From Candidatus Iainarchaeum sp. (GTDB lineage Archaea > Iainarchaeota > Iainarchaeia > Iainarchaeales > CSSED10-239), in contig JAQVRT010000038.1 of NCBI GenBank assembly GCA_028700905.1, positions 1 through 6,489 of the forward strand: DNA of 6,489 nucleotides. Reading direction: 5' to 3'. A program made the position numbers and the translations under genes. This document shows, in pieces, positions 5,800 to 6,489 of this stretch (within the stretch, counting starts at the first letter, position 1; every line of letters begins with the position of its first letter). The notes beneath the pieces were generated by a model. It saw only the letters and a program-made list of their open reading frames with translations. It made no database searches and was not told the origin of the DNA.

Positions 5800-6489
5800 T
5801 TATTTGGATATAATTTCTTTTTTAAAAAGATTATATCTTCTATAATCTTTTGTTTTATTTGACTTATAGTTAATAGCATTTACAGGACAAAGATTATAAC
5901 ACCTTGTACACATAATACATTTGTCCGAAAACTTAACTTCTCTTTTTTGTTTTTTAACTGTTATGTTTTGAGTAGGGCAATTTTTAGAACAAATCTCACA
6001 AAAAATACATTTATTATAATCAACAACCCATTTATTCTTCTTTAAAGAATTTTTTAAAAAATAAAAAACAATATTTGAAAATAATCTTTTAAAAATATTA
6101 GACTTAATAATCTCTTCTTTACCTGAATAAAGATTTGTAAAATCTTTGAAAGCTTTATCTTTTGCAAAAGCAATTTTATTCATAATTTCTTTTTCAGAAA
6201 CTAAATCTTTTGAAAACATGAAAGAAACATTATCAGGCATTGAATAATAAAAATTAGATGCAACATGATAGCCTTTCTTTAAAAGAATTTTATTTAAAAC
6301 ACTAAAAGATGCTCCTGGCATACCACCACAACTTGCAAGTAATAATACTGGTTTTTTAGTTGTTGAAGATGGAAGATTATTTACAAACTTTTCAACTAAC
6401 TTAGGGGCCTTAAAAGCATGAACAGGAAAAGCAATCACAAGCATATCATATTTACCTTGACTTGAAACAATTTCTATCTTTTCAATAGG
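5800..6489 (-). CDS. Flavodoxin-fold / 2x[4Fe-4S] ferredoxin fusion protein (EFR1-like), 5'-truncated by the window edge
   Basis: Two CxxCxxCxxxCP motifs are present: CIFCEICSKNCP (5974..6009) and CIMCTRCYNLCP (5884..5919). The upstream part, YDMLVIAFPVHAFKAPKLVEKFVNNLP...KPVLLLASCGG, resembles the flavodoxin-like half of EFR1-family proteins. The frame stays open upstream of the Met at 6444 (PIEKIEIVSSQGKYD-MLVIAF...) to position 6489, so the real start lies outside the window. The stop is TAA at 5800..5802. Confidence 0.8.
   Translation of the reverse strand, partial: PIEKIEIVSSQGKYDMLVIAFPVHAFKAPKLVEKFVNNLPSSTTKKPVLLLASCGGMPGASFSVLNKILLKKGYHVASNFYYSMPDNVSFMFSKDLVSEKEIMNKIAFAKDKAFKDFTNLYSGKEEIIKSNIFKRLFSNIVFYFLKNSLKKNKWVVDYNKCIFCEICSKNCPTQNITVKKQKREVKFSDKCIMCTRCYNLCPVNAINYKSNKTKDYRRYNLFKKEIISK

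Overview
Very AT-rich window (hand counts of 60-nt lines give about 17-38% G+C), with every supported gene on the minus strand. Reading along the minus strand from the right edge: (1) 5800..>6489, a 5'-truncated flavodoxin-fold protein with a C-terminal 2x[4Fe-4S] ferredoxin domain (EFR1-like). (2) 4032..5768, a signal-peptide-bearing, multi-pass DUF2207-type membrane protein of unknown function ending in a Ser/Gly tail. (3) 362..3973, phosphoenolpyruvate synthase (ppsA) encoded as a 1203-aa precursor. (4) A 323-bp non-coding AT-rich spacer. (5) 38..<1, the first 12 codons of another gene behind a GGAGG ribosome-binding site. The standout feature is a 402-aa intein (1496..2701) inserted in frame in ppsA. 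It sits between Thr and Cys of the GGxT|CHAAIIARE phosphohistidine motif, one residue before the catalytic His. It carries a nested two-motif LAGLIDADG homing endonuclease and ends in Asn-Asn rather than the canonical His-Asn. Removing it leaves an 801-aa PpsA of normal length. An intein in PEP synthase is a known class (Methanocaldococcus jannaschii), so this is a notable selfish element rather than a new system. I see no CRISPR array, tRNA or rRNA, transposase, toxin-antitoxin pair or recognisable defence genes. Apart from the intein and the uncharacterised DUF2207 protein, the window looks like ordinary chromosome. The oligo-T tract after ppsA and the GGAGG / AGGTG / AGTGAT ribosome-binding sites fit a low-GC archaeon such as a methanogen or DPANN lineage. 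A low-GC bacterium cannot be excluded from sequence alone.
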